Positions 39,336 to 48,802 of a stretch of 64,000 nucleotides of DNA are shown here, piece by piece. Origin of the DNA: Minisyncoccota bacterium (GTDB lineage Bacteria > Patescibacteriota > Minisyncoccia > Phycocordibacterales > Zambryskibacteraceae); NCBI GenBank assembly GCA_036517475.1, contig DATDVZ010000003.1, positions 56 through 64,055 on the forward strand, in the 5' to 3' direction. The notes beneath the pieces are model-generated. The model made no database searches. It saw nothing but the letters and a program-made list of their open reading frames with translations, and was not told the origin of the DNA. The translations under genes were made by a program, and so were the position numbers. Position 1 is the first letter of the stretch; each line of letters starts with the position of its first letter.

Positions 39336-39741
39336 TGGAGGTGGGGAGTAGTGAACTCCCGTGCAAAAGATTTATCAAAATATTTCTACAATGGATAGTT
39401 TGTTTTTCCGCCCACTGGCGGATTTAAGCAAATTAGGTTTAAAGCAAACAAAACCCTAAATTGCCTAGCCTCAATTTTTCGGAAAATGTTGAGACGAACA
39501 TTTTCCATAGTCCGATAATATTACACCAACATTCCGCTCACAGACTTTGCGGAAGTTGACGTCGCCATCGCGAGTTAACCTCGAGCGGTAGCGAAAGCAA
39601 GATCATTTACTCCGAAATACGGAGAAAGGATTCGCTTTGCGACAATTGAATTTGCAATTATCATTTGTGGCAGATTAAAGAGTTACCACGGCTCTCCATT
39701 GCATACTTTGACCAACTCCTCTGTCAAAGCAATTCACCCCC
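39336..39741 (-). ncRNA. ssrA: tmRNA
   Basis: GGGGGTG/CACCTCC-A acceptor with G3:U70, T arm GGGAG-TTCACTA-CTCCC, tag ORF 39655-39575; next to smpB. Confidence 0.9.
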
Positions 39742-39779
39742 GTATGAGGAACTCCATTTCTGAAGTTCCTCATACGGGG
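39738..39779. repeat. Perfect 16-bp hairpin overlapping tmRNA 5' end
   Basis: CCCCGTATGAGGAACT-N10-AGTTCCTCATACGGGG. Confidence 0.8.
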
Positions 39780-39836
39780 TTCAATCTTAACCCTAATAAA
39801 TTTTTTAAAAAATCAAGGGTAAATATTTCAAAGAGC

Positions 39837-40280
39837 TTACTCGTATTTCAGTATCCGTCTCGAGTCTCTCTCAGATTCGCGCTTCTTTATAGACTGACGT
39901 TTATCAAACTTTTTCTTACCGCGTACGATTCCAAGAGAAACCTTCAATTTTGGCCCCTTACTATATATCGCTAATGGAACAATTGTCAAACCTTTTTGCT
40001 TTTCAGTTCCTATAAGCTGGGATATCTCTTTTTTTGTTAGTAGCAATTTCCTGTTTCGCCTCGGCTCATAATCCTTTGGAGTATTTGCGGGCTGATATGG
40101 AGAAACAGTTGCATTAATCAAATATGTTTCATTATTATGAATTGTGACATGTGATCCATCTAAAGACCCTTGTCCTTTACGCAGTGATTTCACTTCAAAC
40201 CCAAGCAATTCAATACCAGCTTCCAGTTTTTCTAGAATTTCGTAATTAAAATACGCTTTTTTGTTTTCTACTAAATTCAT
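39837..40280 (-). CDS. smpB: SsrA-binding protein
   Basis: NKKAYFNY, EAGIELLGFEVKSLR, RKLLL, GKKKFDKR. Confidence 0.96.
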   Translation of the reverse strand: MNLVENKKAYFNYEILEKLEAGIELLGFEVKSLRKGQGSLDGSHVTIHNNETYLINATVSPYQPANTPKDYEPRRNRKLLLTKKEISQLIGTEKQKGLTIVPLAIYSKGPKLKVSLGIVRGKKKFDKRQSIKKRESERDSRRILKYE

Positions 40281-40486
40281 AATTTAATGATAGCAAAAAT
40301 TGACCTGGAGAAAATAAAGATTAGTATTTAACACTGAATGTTGGAAAGAAACCATAAAAGAGTTTGAATCAAAAACGCGGTAAAGAGTGTAGGAAAATGC
40401 TTTCCTGAAAGATGTTGGAAAGTTAGAAGAAAACTCAACATAAAATCGTCATTGGATGATTTTATGTTTATTGATTTTTATAATAA

Positions 40487-41022
40487 TTATAAATTCCCTA
40501 CAAAAAATTTATTACCCTTATACTCTTCAGCAGATTTGCCTGATCTTGAAAGGTAGAGTTCAATCGCCTGAGGATAACGCAGAAGCGCTTCCTCAAATGT
40601 TACTTCAATCATGCCGACCTTTTTAAATATTTTGCAATCGCTGCATTTTTTGAGGTGGCAATAACTTTTTTATGCATAGTTATTATTTCATTTTCCAGAT
40701 CTTTAAGCATCTTTAAAAGGACTTTTACTGAATCGGGAGTAAATTGTGTTGAGAGCCCCCCGATTCGAAATATCTGTTCCTGATCAGAATCGCTTAATAA
40801 AATATTGAGTGGGAGTTGGTAAAAAGTCGCCACTATTTCTCCCTGAGGATTCTTGCCCACCTTCAGAAGCCCCCTGCTATATAAATCAGTAAGAAAATCC
40901 TCACTTTGTTCAGAAACATACTGCTTGCATTTGCGCTGAAGTTCAATTACTGAGTTTATTATTACCCCCAACTCTTCAGTTGATTCCACAATTTCTGTTG
41001 CTCCTTCTGTGCCAAATTCCAT
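40487..41022 (-). pseudogene. Possible GNAT-like protein split by a -1 frameshift
   Basis: ORF 41022-40609 stops just after T TTA AAA; the -1 frame gives KVGMIEVTFEEALL...GNL*. Confidence 0.45.
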
Positions 41023-41117
41023 AAATATATTATATAATAAACATGAAGAATAATTCACTCTTTCTTCATGAAGAAATTGGATTATAAATTATTATTTAAT
41101 TAATAAATAGGAAATAT

Positions 41118-41390
41118 ATGTCAGATTCAAAAACAATAGCTATCTGGGTTCTCTCAATTGCTCTTGTAATTGTGGGAGTTCTTTACATCCGTGAGGCAAA
41201 AAGACCAGATACTGTAAAGGAATTTTCAGCTCAGATGAATGAAGCTAGTGCTCAAATGACAAAAGATTGCAGTGATCTTTCAACAGAAGATAAGCGAAAA
41301 GTATGCATAGAGTCCCTTCAAAAAGTCAGTGCGCTGATGGGAGACTTTTTTGAGGTAACTGCTGATTCTGAAACAAAAACTGGTTATTAA
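41118..41390 (+). CDS. Hypothetical membrane-anchored protein
   Basis: N-terminal TM, Cys pair. Confidence 0.6.
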   Translation: MSDSKTIAIWVLSIALVIVGVLYIREAKRPDTVKEFSAQMNEASAQMTKDCSDLSTEDKRKVCIESLQKVSALMGDFFEVTADSETKTGY

Positions 41391-41484
41391 TCGAGGGGTG
41401 TAATGATATTTTACTGTTAATCGTCTTAATATATAGTAGTGTTTTAGGAAACACTATGAATAAATTATTAATTAACTAACTATC

Positions 41485-42468
41485 ATGCCTATCGCAATAT
41501 TAATTGTTATTGTTGTGGCTCTCGGCGCTTCTGCCGGGGCACAAGCAAGCAATCCAGGAAATTTTCTTTATGACTGGAAAACTAACGTCAATGAGAAAAT
41601 CGTAAGTGCTGTAAAAGTAAATGGGGAAGCTGAGGCATCTTGGCAAGCGCACCTTGCTGACAGACGTCTTGCTGAAGCAGAAGAGCTCGCTGCAGAAGGC
41701 AAACTAACAAGTTCTATTGGAGCAGAGCTTGAAAGCTCTTTTGAATCTCATGCCACTGCTGCCATGGAGCAGGCAGCTCGAATAAATGAGGAGAAGGATG
41801 CAGATGAGAAAGCTGGTGTACTGTCAGGACTTGAAGCAAGTTTGAAAGCCCATGAGGCGGTTTTAGTTTCACTTGAATCTAATGCCGACTCTCAAGCTAA
41901 AGCAGTGATTTCTTCTTTAATTGAGAAAGTTAGAGCGAGAATTAACTCAACAAGTACGGCAAGAATTAAAGCTCTAAATTCTGTAAGTGTAAGTGTTGAG
42001 GTTGAGGCTGCTGCAAGAGGCAAAATGAAGGCTGCTCAAAATAAAATCAATGAAGTCAAATCCTTCGTTGAAAGAAAAAAGGGAAGCTTATCCAGCCAGA
42101 TTAAAGCTAGTGTAGATATGCACATTAGTTTGGCAGAAGACTCTTTTGCTTCCGGAGAGGCTGCACTTGTTGCGGGGACCTATGCGCAAGCCTTTGCTAA
42201 ATTTGATGAAGCAATGCAGCATGCTCAAGAAGCAAAGATCATTGCTAATTCAAACAAAGTTTTGAGTGGAATTATCAATATTAAGATTGAAACTCAAAGT
42301 AACTCGCAAGCTACAACTTCAGCCAACACTTCTACAAATGCTGGCGGCAGTGTTAATACAAACACACCAGGTGGAGGATCTGTTAACACAAATACAAACA
42401 CTGGAAGCTCAGGAACTAATGGAAGTGTGAATGTCGGAGGAGAAACTAACGTTAATGTTAATTATTAA
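41485..42468 (+). CDS. Secreted helical protein (DUF5667-like N-terminus)
   Basis: PGNFLYDWK..VNE, A.RRLAEA; low-complexity tail. Confidence 0.7.
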   Translation: MPIAILIVIVVALGASAGAQASNPGNFLYDWKTNVNEKIVSAVKVNGEAEASWQAHLADRRLAEAEELAAEGKLTSSIGAELESSFESHATAAMEQAARINEEKDADEKAGVLSGLEASLKAHEAVLVSLESNADSQAKAVISSLIEKVRARINSTSTARIKALNSVSVSVEVEAAARGKMKAAQNKINEVKSFVERKKGSLSSQIKASVDMHISLAEDSFASGEAALVAGTYAQAFAKFDEAMQHAQEAKIIANSNKVLSGIINIKIETQSNSQATTSANTSTNAGGSVNTNTPGGGSVNTNTNTGSSGTNGSVNVGGETNVNVNY

Positions 42469-42500
42469 AAACATCGCCCCGTAATCGGGGCGATGTTTTT
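42467..42500. terminator. Intrinsic terminator
   Basis: AAAACATCGCCCCG-TAAT-CGGGGCGATGTTTT. Confidence 0.8.
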
Positions 42501-42542
42501 AATTAGTGTATAATTTAAGAATAATAATTTTAATATAAACAA

Positions 42543-42944
42543 ATGATTAGTTTATTTGGCGTTCTATTAGCAGCAATCGTCGGAATGCTTTTTGGCTGGC
42601 TTTGGTACGGACCGCTTTTTGGCAAACTCTGGATGAGGGAGTCAAATGTAGCTGCCGAAAAAATAGAAGCAGTAAAGGCAAAAGGAATGAAGAAGCAATA
42701 CATTAGCTCTTTTATTTTTACACTTGTTTCTGCATATATACTGGCTTATTTTTTAAACCTTCTTCAAGTTGGAACAATTGAGGGTGTGTCTTCTCTTGTG
42801 TTTTGGATTTGGTTAGGGTTTCAAGTCCCTATTCTCATAGGATCAATACTCTGGGAAAATAGAACTTTTAAATTTTTTACCCTAAATGCAGTCCACAACG
42901 TTATCGTATTATTCATTATGGGTCTTGTATTGCTTTGGATTTAA
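42543..42944 (+). CDS. DUF1761 family membrane protein
   Basis: GWLWYGPLFGKLWM; WIWLGF; LWE. Confidence 0.8.
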   Translation: MISLFGVLLAAIVGMLFGWLWYGPLFGKLWMRESNVAAEKIEAVKAKGMKKQYISSFIFTLVSAYILAYFLNLLQVGTIEGVSSLVFWIWLGFQVPILIGSILWENRTFKFFTLNAVHNVIVLFIMGLVLLWI

Positions 42945-42993
42945 GGATTTAAAATATTTGCAAATAAAAAATAATTTGGTAGAGTAGAATTAA

Positions 42994-43503
42994 TTGAGTA
43001 ACGTCAGATTTAATCAGCAGATAAAAGCTTCAAGCCTTAGGGTAATAGGTCCCGAAGGAGAAAATTTTGGAGAACTTCCCTTTAAAGAGGCTCTTTCTAA
43101 AGCAGATGAGCTTGGTCTTGATTTAATTGAAATTTCCCCTAATTCAGTGCCACCAGTTGCCAAAATAATGGATATAGGCAAATACAGGTATCTAGAAAAT
43201 AAAAAGCAAAAACAGGCAAAAACAAAATCAAAGACAGTAGAAGTTAAATCAATTCAGGTCAAAGTCGGCACCGGCGAGCATGATCTGGCTCTTAAAGCAA
43301 AAAAAGCGAGTGAGTGGCTCTCTGAAGGTCATAGGATAAAAATCGATCTTTTTTTGCCAGGCAGAACTAAATATCTCAATCAAAATTTTCTGCGGGAACG
43401 TCTGGACAGAGTTCTCAAGCTTGTCAGTACTGAATTCAAAATTGCCGACCCCCCAACCAGAAGTCCTAAAGGTCTTTCAGTTTTGATTGAAAAAGCTAAG
43501 TAA
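42994..43503 (+). CDS. infC: Translation initiation factor IF-3
   Basis: LDLIEISP..PPVAKIMD, HDL..K; TTG start; precedes rpmI-rplT. Confidence 0.95.
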   Translation: MSNVRFNQQIKASSLRVIGPEGENFGELPFKEALSKADELGLDLIEISPNSVPPVAKIMDIGKYRYLENKKQKQAKTKSKTVEVKSIQVKVGTGEHDLALKAKKASEWLSEGHRIKIDLFLPGRTKYLNQNFLRERLDRVLKLVSTEFKIADPPTRSPKGLSVLIEKAK

Positions 43504-43571
43504 GTTGAAAATTGAAAGTAAAAAGTTGGACTTGCATAGGTAAATAAAAAAGGTAGTATAGTAAGCTCAAA

Positions 43572-43763
43572 ATGGCCATGAAAACTAATAAGTCGTTTTT
43601 AAAGAGATTGAAAGTCACTAAAAGTGGTGCAGTTTTAGCGCGCAAGTCGGGTCAAAATCACTTTAATGCAAAGGAAGGAAGAAGGGCACAGCTTAAAAGA
43701 AAACAGTCTCGTAACTTTTCAATGAGTAATAAATCTCGTTCCCGCTATTTAGTCAACATATAA
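43572..43763 (+). CDS. rpmI: 50S ribosomal protein L35
   Basis: MKTNKS..KRLKVTKSG; synteny. Confidence 0.92.
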   Translation: MAMKTNKSFLKRLKVTKSGAVLARKSGQNHFNAKEGRRAQLKRKQSRNFSMSNKSRSRYLVNI

Positions 43764-43806
43764 TTTTGATTTTTGATTTTTAAATTTTAAATTTTAATTT
43801 ATTTAT

Positions 43807-44160
43807 ATGACTAGAGTAAAAAAAGCAATCAACGCAAGAAAATACCGAAGAAATATCCTGCGTATGACCAAAGGCTACAGACATGCTCGCAAAAGCAAGG
43901 AGCGAGCAGCGCAAGAAGCAGTTTTTCATGCCGGCACTTATGCATTTGCCCATCGCAGAGATAAAAAGGGTGATTTCCGCAGACTATGGAATGTGCGTAT
44001 CAATGCAGCGCTTCGACCGTTGGGATTTTCGTATTCAAAATTTATTGATGCCCTTAAAAAGAACAAGATCGCGTTGGACAGAAAAATTCTTGCCGATCTT
44101 GCTACCGAAAATCCTGAAACTTTCAAAAAAATAGTAGAAAAAGTTTACCCTGTTAAATAA
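43807..44160 (+). CDS. rplT: 50S ribosomal protein L20
   Basis: MTRVK, FRRLWNVRINAA, LDRKILADLA. Confidence 0.96.
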   Translation: MTRVKKAINARKYRRNILRMTKGYRHARKSKERAAQEAVFHAGTYAFAHRRDKKGDFRRLWNVRINAALRPLGFSYSKFIDALKKNKIALDRKILADLATENPETFKKIVEKVYPVK

Positions 44161-44245
44161 ATATATTAAATTGTCATAAAGTAAATTAGTATTATTTTTT
44201 AGCATGATGGTCTTACGTATATTATTTAAAATATTTAATTAGGGT
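44147..44245. repeat. ACCCTGTTAAATA...TATTTAATTAGGGT element overlapping rplT stop
   Basis: Imperfect terminal inverted repeats; the left arm encodes PVK*. Confidence 0.5.
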
Positions 44246-44284
44246 CAGGTAAAGAAAATCCCGCTACTGCGGGATTTTCTTTAC

Positions 44285-44430
44285 GGGCTACTTGGTCATA
44301 TTGCCCTAGTGAATACTAAGGTGGGTGTCCGCAATCGCGCTTTGCTGAATGTGTTAACGCTCATTAAAACGCGACGCTATAGGACTCCCTAAAAATTACT
44401 TTAATCTAGATAATATGCCAAATAACCCTG
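44285..44430 (-). ncRNA. ssrS: Probable 6S RNA
   Basis: 5' GGGTTATTTGG-CATATT..CTAG pairs with 3' CTAG..AATATG-A-CCAAGTAGCCC; central bubble; GGGAG and CACCCACCT motifs; TATAAT upstream. Confidence 0.65.
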
Positions 44431-44593
44431 CTCTTAATTATAGACCTACTGTCAATGAAGAAAAGATGTAAAAATTATTAGGAAACAAACCAAATAATTT
44501 TCAATTATCAATTCTCAATTTACATTGAATTTTCAATGTTTTTAATCTTCAGAGTTGGTCTTTTTTTGAAAATTAAAAATTTCAAATAATAAA

Positions 44594-45181
44594 TTATTCC
44601 AATATTCCATCAATATTAACATCATATAGAATTTGCTCTTGTACCAACCTGTAATTTATTACTTCTTCGGGAGAAAACCAGATATTGATTTCACGCTGGG
44701 CTTCTTCCGGTTTATCAGTGCAATGAATCAGGTTTCTAACCGCTCTTCCATTGGTATTTGCCATATCATATGAATCAAGAGTTAGATCACCACGTATCGT
44801 TCCAACATCTGATGTGAGTGGTTCTGTGTCTCCGACAAGTTTTTTGACTATTCCCACAGCTTGATTTCCCTCAACAACCATAGCAATCACCGGACCAAGA
44901 GTAATAAAATTAATGAGAGCAGTAAGCACATCTCTGCCGTATTCAAGAGCGGTTTTTTCTGCCCCCTTCCCCTGTTTTTTTAAATTCTCAATTGTTTTTT
45001 GGCCAACAATTTCACACCACCCATCATTTTTATTATAATGATCCCCAGCTTTATTCCTGTCTGGAACGAACATTTTCAGTGCTGCAATCTTAAGTCCGGT
45101 TCTTTCAATACGCTTGATTATTTCTCCAATCAACGAGCGCTGTATCCCATCATGTTTTATTATGACCAGTGTTTTTTCCAT
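44594..45181 (-). CDS. ndk: Nucleoside diphosphate kinase
   Basis: EKTLVIIKHDG, GTIRGD, RNLIH. Confidence 0.92.
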   Translation of the reverse strand: MEKTLVIIKHDGIQRSLIGEIIKRIERTGLKIAALKMFVPDRNKAGDHYNKNDGWCEIVGQKTIENLKKQGKGAEKTALEYGRDVLTALINFITLGPVIAMVVEGNQAVGIVKKLVGDTEPLTSDVGTIRGDLTLDSYDMANTNGRAVRNLIHCTDKPEEAQREINIWFSPEEVINYRLVQEQILYDVNIDGILE

Positions 45182-45253
45182 AGATTTTTACATGTTAAAC
45201 ATTAAATAACTACTACATTGATTAAAAATTGTAAATTAAAAATTAAAAATTGC

Positions 45254-46021
45254 CTATTCTGTTAACACAACCGGCTTTCCATCTGTTATAGCTACTGTGT
45301 GTTCAAAATGGGCTGCATTACTTGCGTCTTTAGTTTTGTATGTATAGCCGTCTTTGTCTAAAACAATTCCTCCCTTTCCGGTTGTAAACATCGGCTCAAT
45401 TGCAATTACCATTCCGGCAACCAACTTTTCTCCCTGACCCCTTACTCCGATATTTGGAATGTATGGATCTTCATGAACAGAGTATCCTACACCATGACCA
45501 CTTAAGCCCTCTGCGATCCCAAAGCCATATTTTTCTGCAATATCCTGAACTGCCTGACCAATATCCCCTGTCGTATTTCCTTCTTTTGCAACATTGACTG
45601 CTGCCTTCAGAGCCTCGCGTGTTGCTTTAATCAATTTTTTATCTTCTTTTGAAATTTTTCCAACACCTACTGTTATAGCAGCATCAGTAATCAGATCTTT
45701 GTGGATAAGTCCCAAGTCAAAAGTCACAATATCACCATCTTTAATAATTCTATTTTTTTCATTTGGAATACCGTGAACTATTTCATCATTTACGGAGACA
45801 CACAATGCCGCGGGGTATGGTCTCATTGATCCTTTTGGTTTGTAATTAAGAAATGCCGGCCTATCTCCGAATTCTTCAATTTTTTTTATAGCAAAGTCGT
45901 TTAAAAATTTTGTGCTTACCCCCGAAACAGCTTCTTTTGCTATTTCTTTAAGGATTTGCGCATGCCTTCTCCCCCCCTCTTTAAGGGTTTCAATTTCTTT
46001 TTTGGTTTTTATAGTTATCAT
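45254..46021 (-). CDS. map: Methionine aminopeptidase type I
   Basis: CVSVNDEIVHGIP, GHGVG..HEDP, IEPM, HFEHT; start moved to ATG 46021. Confidence 0.95.
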   Translation of the reverse strand: MITIKTKKEIETLKEGGRRHAQILKEIAKEAVSGVSTKFLNDFAIKKIEEFGDRPAFLNYKPKGSMRPYPAALCVSVNDEIVHGIPNEKNRIIKDGDIVTFDLGLIHKDLITDAAITVGVGKISKEDKKLIKATREALKAAVNVAKEGNTTGDIGQAVQDIAEKYGFGIAEGLSGHGVGYSVHEDPYIPNIGVRGQGEKLVAGMVIAIEPMFTTGKGGIVLDKDGYTYKTKDASNAAHFEHTVAITDGKPVVLTE

Positions 46022-46088
46022 ATTATTCGTATGAGCAATATTCGTAACGTTGCAATCCTGCAAAGCGGTAATTTTTTATTAGACAAAG

Positions 46089-46664
46089 TCAAATTAAAGA
46101 CGAAATTTTATTCCAAATTTCTTCAAATACTTTCTCCGGGGCGGGCATTCCGTCAATTTCAATAACCTTTCCAATTGAGCGGAAGTAATTTATTGCAGGA
46201 ATTGTGTGTTTTTCAAATTCATCAAAACGAGTCTGGAGCCTGAGAGGATCATCATCAACCCTTCCTTCTTCTTTTAATCTTTTTGAGATTCTTTCCTTAA
46301 CAGTGGCCTCGGAAACATTAAGGTGAAGGACTCTGAAATCCCTACCCAGCCAGAAAGCAATTTCTGAAAAAAGTCTTGCCTCTGGTTCCATACGCCCCAC
46401 CCCTTCAAATATTATTCCCTCATCAGTATTAAGGGAAAAAATTTTTTCTTGAAATAAAAAGCTTGCAAACCAATTTGGCATCAAAGCTCCGGAATTCATA
46501 ATCTCTCCCACACGGCCTCCAAGATCATTTTTTTGGGAAGCTATTTCTCTGAACCTGCCGCCTGTTGAGAAAATATCGAAGTTGGTTTTTTCTTTTAGCA
46601 CTGTTGCCTGCCTGCCTTTGCCGCACCCCGGCCTGCCCATTAATATGAATGTTTTTATTGCCAT
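46089..46664 (-). CDS. adk: Adenylate kinase (short LID)
   Basis: GRPGCGKG, STG..FR, RVDD; between secY and map. Confidence 0.88.
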   Translation of the reverse strand: MAIKTFILMGRPGCGKGRQATVLKEKTNFDIFSTGGRFREIASQKNDLGGRVGEIMNSGALMPNWFASFLFQEKIFSLNTDEGIIFEGVGRMEPEARLFSEIAFWLGRDFRVLHLNVSEATVKERISKRLKEEGRVDDDPLRLQTRFDEFEKHTIPAINYFRSIGKVIEIDGMPAPEKVFEEIWNKISSLI

Positions 46665-46878
46665 TTAAATAGCTTACTTGCTTACAGATATTTTGCCAAA
46701 TTTTTAACCTAACAACCGTGTCAGCCTGCCAGGTTGAAATGGCCTTGTGATTATCTAAAGAGAAATAGTTCTAGTCGATTCATGTGCTTTTTTTATTAGC
46801 TCCACTTCTAATACCATATATATTTAGTAAATTTTGGACTGTAATTTTGATATTTAAATTTCAAATTTTAATTTTCCT

Positions 46879-48150
46879 TTAGTATTCGCGTATCGAAACT
46901 TGTGCGTCAATCTTCTTAATGAGATCAATTACAACTGAGACAACAATGAGAAGTGCGGTACCGCCTATTGCAAGATTGGCGATCCCTGTAAGAGAGCGCA
47001 TTAGAAGAGGCAAAACTGCAATTACACCAAGAAATAAAGCCCCAACCAAAGTTATCCTAGTAAGAATTTTTGAAAGATGTTCAGCAGTTGAGTCTCCGGG
47101 TCGCACGCCGGGGATGAAGGCTCCGTTTTTCTGCAGATTCGTGGCAATAGAATGCGGATCAAAAGTGATTGCCGTATAAAAGTATGTAAAAAGAAATACC
47201 ATTACAAAGTAGGCGATCGCATAGAACCACTGGTTAGCAATTATTGCCGTAACAAATTTCCCTATGCTTTGCAGAGTAGCATTATCAACTGTTGAAAGAA
47301 AGCTGAAAATCAACTGCGGGAAAAGGAGGATTGATAGGGCAAAAATTATTGGGATTACCCCCGCCTGATTAACCCGAAGCGGCAGATATGTTGAAAGACC
47401 GCCATAAACTCTTGATCCTCGCACTCTTTTGGCATAGGTTATTGGTACTGGCCTTTCCGCTTCAGTTATAACTACAACACCGAAAATAATAGCCAATGCA
47501 GCAACAAGAAAAGCAAGGTACAAAGGAATCTGGGAAATATCAAATGTATAGACAAGCTGAGTAATCTGGCTTGGAAGGGATGCTACAATGCCAGCAAAAA
47601 TAATGAGAGAAACTCCGTTTCCGATACCGAATTCCGTAATGAGTTCTCCTATCCACATCAACAGCAGAGAGCCGGCGGTAATAATAATTATGTTTGTGAC
47701 CATGTCAAAAAAAGGTAGAACTGGTATAACATTTTGCTTAGTTAAAAGTGTAAGAAATGCATATCCCTGAATTATTGAAAGAGGAACAGTGAGAATCCTT
47801 GAATATTGGGTAAATTTTTTTCTTCCAGCATCTCCTTCCTCTTGATAAAGCGCTTTGAGTTTCGGAAATACAATCGTAAGAAGCTGCATTATGATTGATG
47901 CCGTAATATAGGGCCCCACCCCAAGCATTATTATTGAGAGATTTGATAGCCCTCCCCCAGAGAAGAGGTTAAGGAGTCCCAAAAGCTCATTACCCGAAAA
48001 GAAACTGGATAATCTTTCAGTATCAATGCCCGGCACAGGAATATGGGCAAGAAGGCGAAATACCACCAAGGCTCCGAGAACAAAAAGCATTCTTTTGCGC
48101 AAGACCTTGTCAGTAAATATCAGTCTAATTTTTTCTTTAAAGTTATCCAT
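46879..48150 (-). CDS. secY: Preprotein translocase SecY
   Basis: LGVGPYITASII, GIGNGVSLIIF, AGVIPIIFA, IPGVRPG. Confidence 0.97.
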   Translation of the reverse strand: MDNFKEKIRLIFTDKVLRKRMLFVLGALVVFRLLAHIPVPGIDTERLSSFFSGNELLGLLNLFSGGGLSNLSIIMLGVGPYITASIIMQLLTIVFPKLKALYQEEGDAGRKKFTQYSRILTVPLSIIQGYAFLTLLTKQNVIPVLPFFDMVTNIIIITAGSLLLMWIGELITEFGIGNGVSLIIFAGIVASLPSQITQLVYTFDISQIPLYLAFLVAALAIIFGVVVITEAERPVPITYAKRVRGSRVYGGLSTYLPLRVNQAGVIPIIFALSILLFPQLIFSFLSTVDNATLQSIGKFVTAIIANQWFYAIAYFVMVFLFTYFYTAITFDPHSIATNLQKNGAFIPGVRPGDSTAEHLSKILTRITLVGALFLGVIAVLPLLMRSLTGIANLAIGGTALLIVVSVVIDLIKKIDAQVSIREY

Positions 48151-48246
48151 TTATCCGCCTAAATTTTAATAATTACAAAATTATGATTCATATTACTTGA
48201 TACTCATTTTATATTTTAATATACCCCATTTTAAGATTTTGATAGA

Positions 48247-48687
48247 TTAACTTATGGTTGTACCAGCCTTTGAAAGTTTCTCATGCGCATTTTTTGACAT
48301 TGAAATTGATTTAATGATAAGTTTCTTTGTGATTTTCCCATCAGATAAAATTTTTATGCCACGAGTATGGACTTCCGATTTTTTTGCTATTCCTTTCCCA
48401 ATGACACTCGAGGGAGAAACTGTCTCTCCGTTCTCGAAATTTTTTTCAAGTATATCAAGATTTAAAGTAACAGGTTTCCACTGAATGCTTTTATTAGAAT
48501 TTTTCCCCCTACCGCGAAGTTTAGGAATTTTTTTTATAATATCTCTTATTTCTGGACGCTTTTTTCTTCCAGCCCTGGCATTTTGTCCCTTAGTGCCCCT
48601 GCCGGAAGTCTTGCCGCGCTTTCCACCTCTACCGACAAGTCTAGCCTTCTTATTTTTATTTTTTCTTTTTAGATTATGTGTTTGCAT
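48247..48687 (-). CDS. rplO: 50S ribosomal protein L15
   Basis: VGRGGKRGKTSGRGTKGQNAR. Confidence 0.95.
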   Translation of the reverse strand: MQTHNLKRKNKNKKARLVGRGGKRGKTSGRGTKGQNARAGRKKRPEIRDIIKKIPKLRGRGKNSNKSIQWKPVTLNLDILEKNFENGETVSPSSVIGKGIAKKSEVHTRGIKILSDGKITKKLIIKSISMSKNAHEKLSKAGTTIS

Positions 48688-48793
48688 CCCATTAGAAAAT
48701 TTTACAAATAATAGTCTGGCCTATTCTACAGGTTTTAGTCTTTTTGTCTTCTTCTTTAATTGTCATTTGATTAAAAAAAAAATTTCTAACGGG
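48688..48793 (-). mobile_element. CCCGTTAGA...TCTAATGGG element upstream of rplO ATG
   Basis: TIRs; 19-nt AATACTTGTCCCGTTAGAA identical to 23452-23470. Confidence 0.8.
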
Positions 48794-48802
48794 ACAAGTA
48801 TT

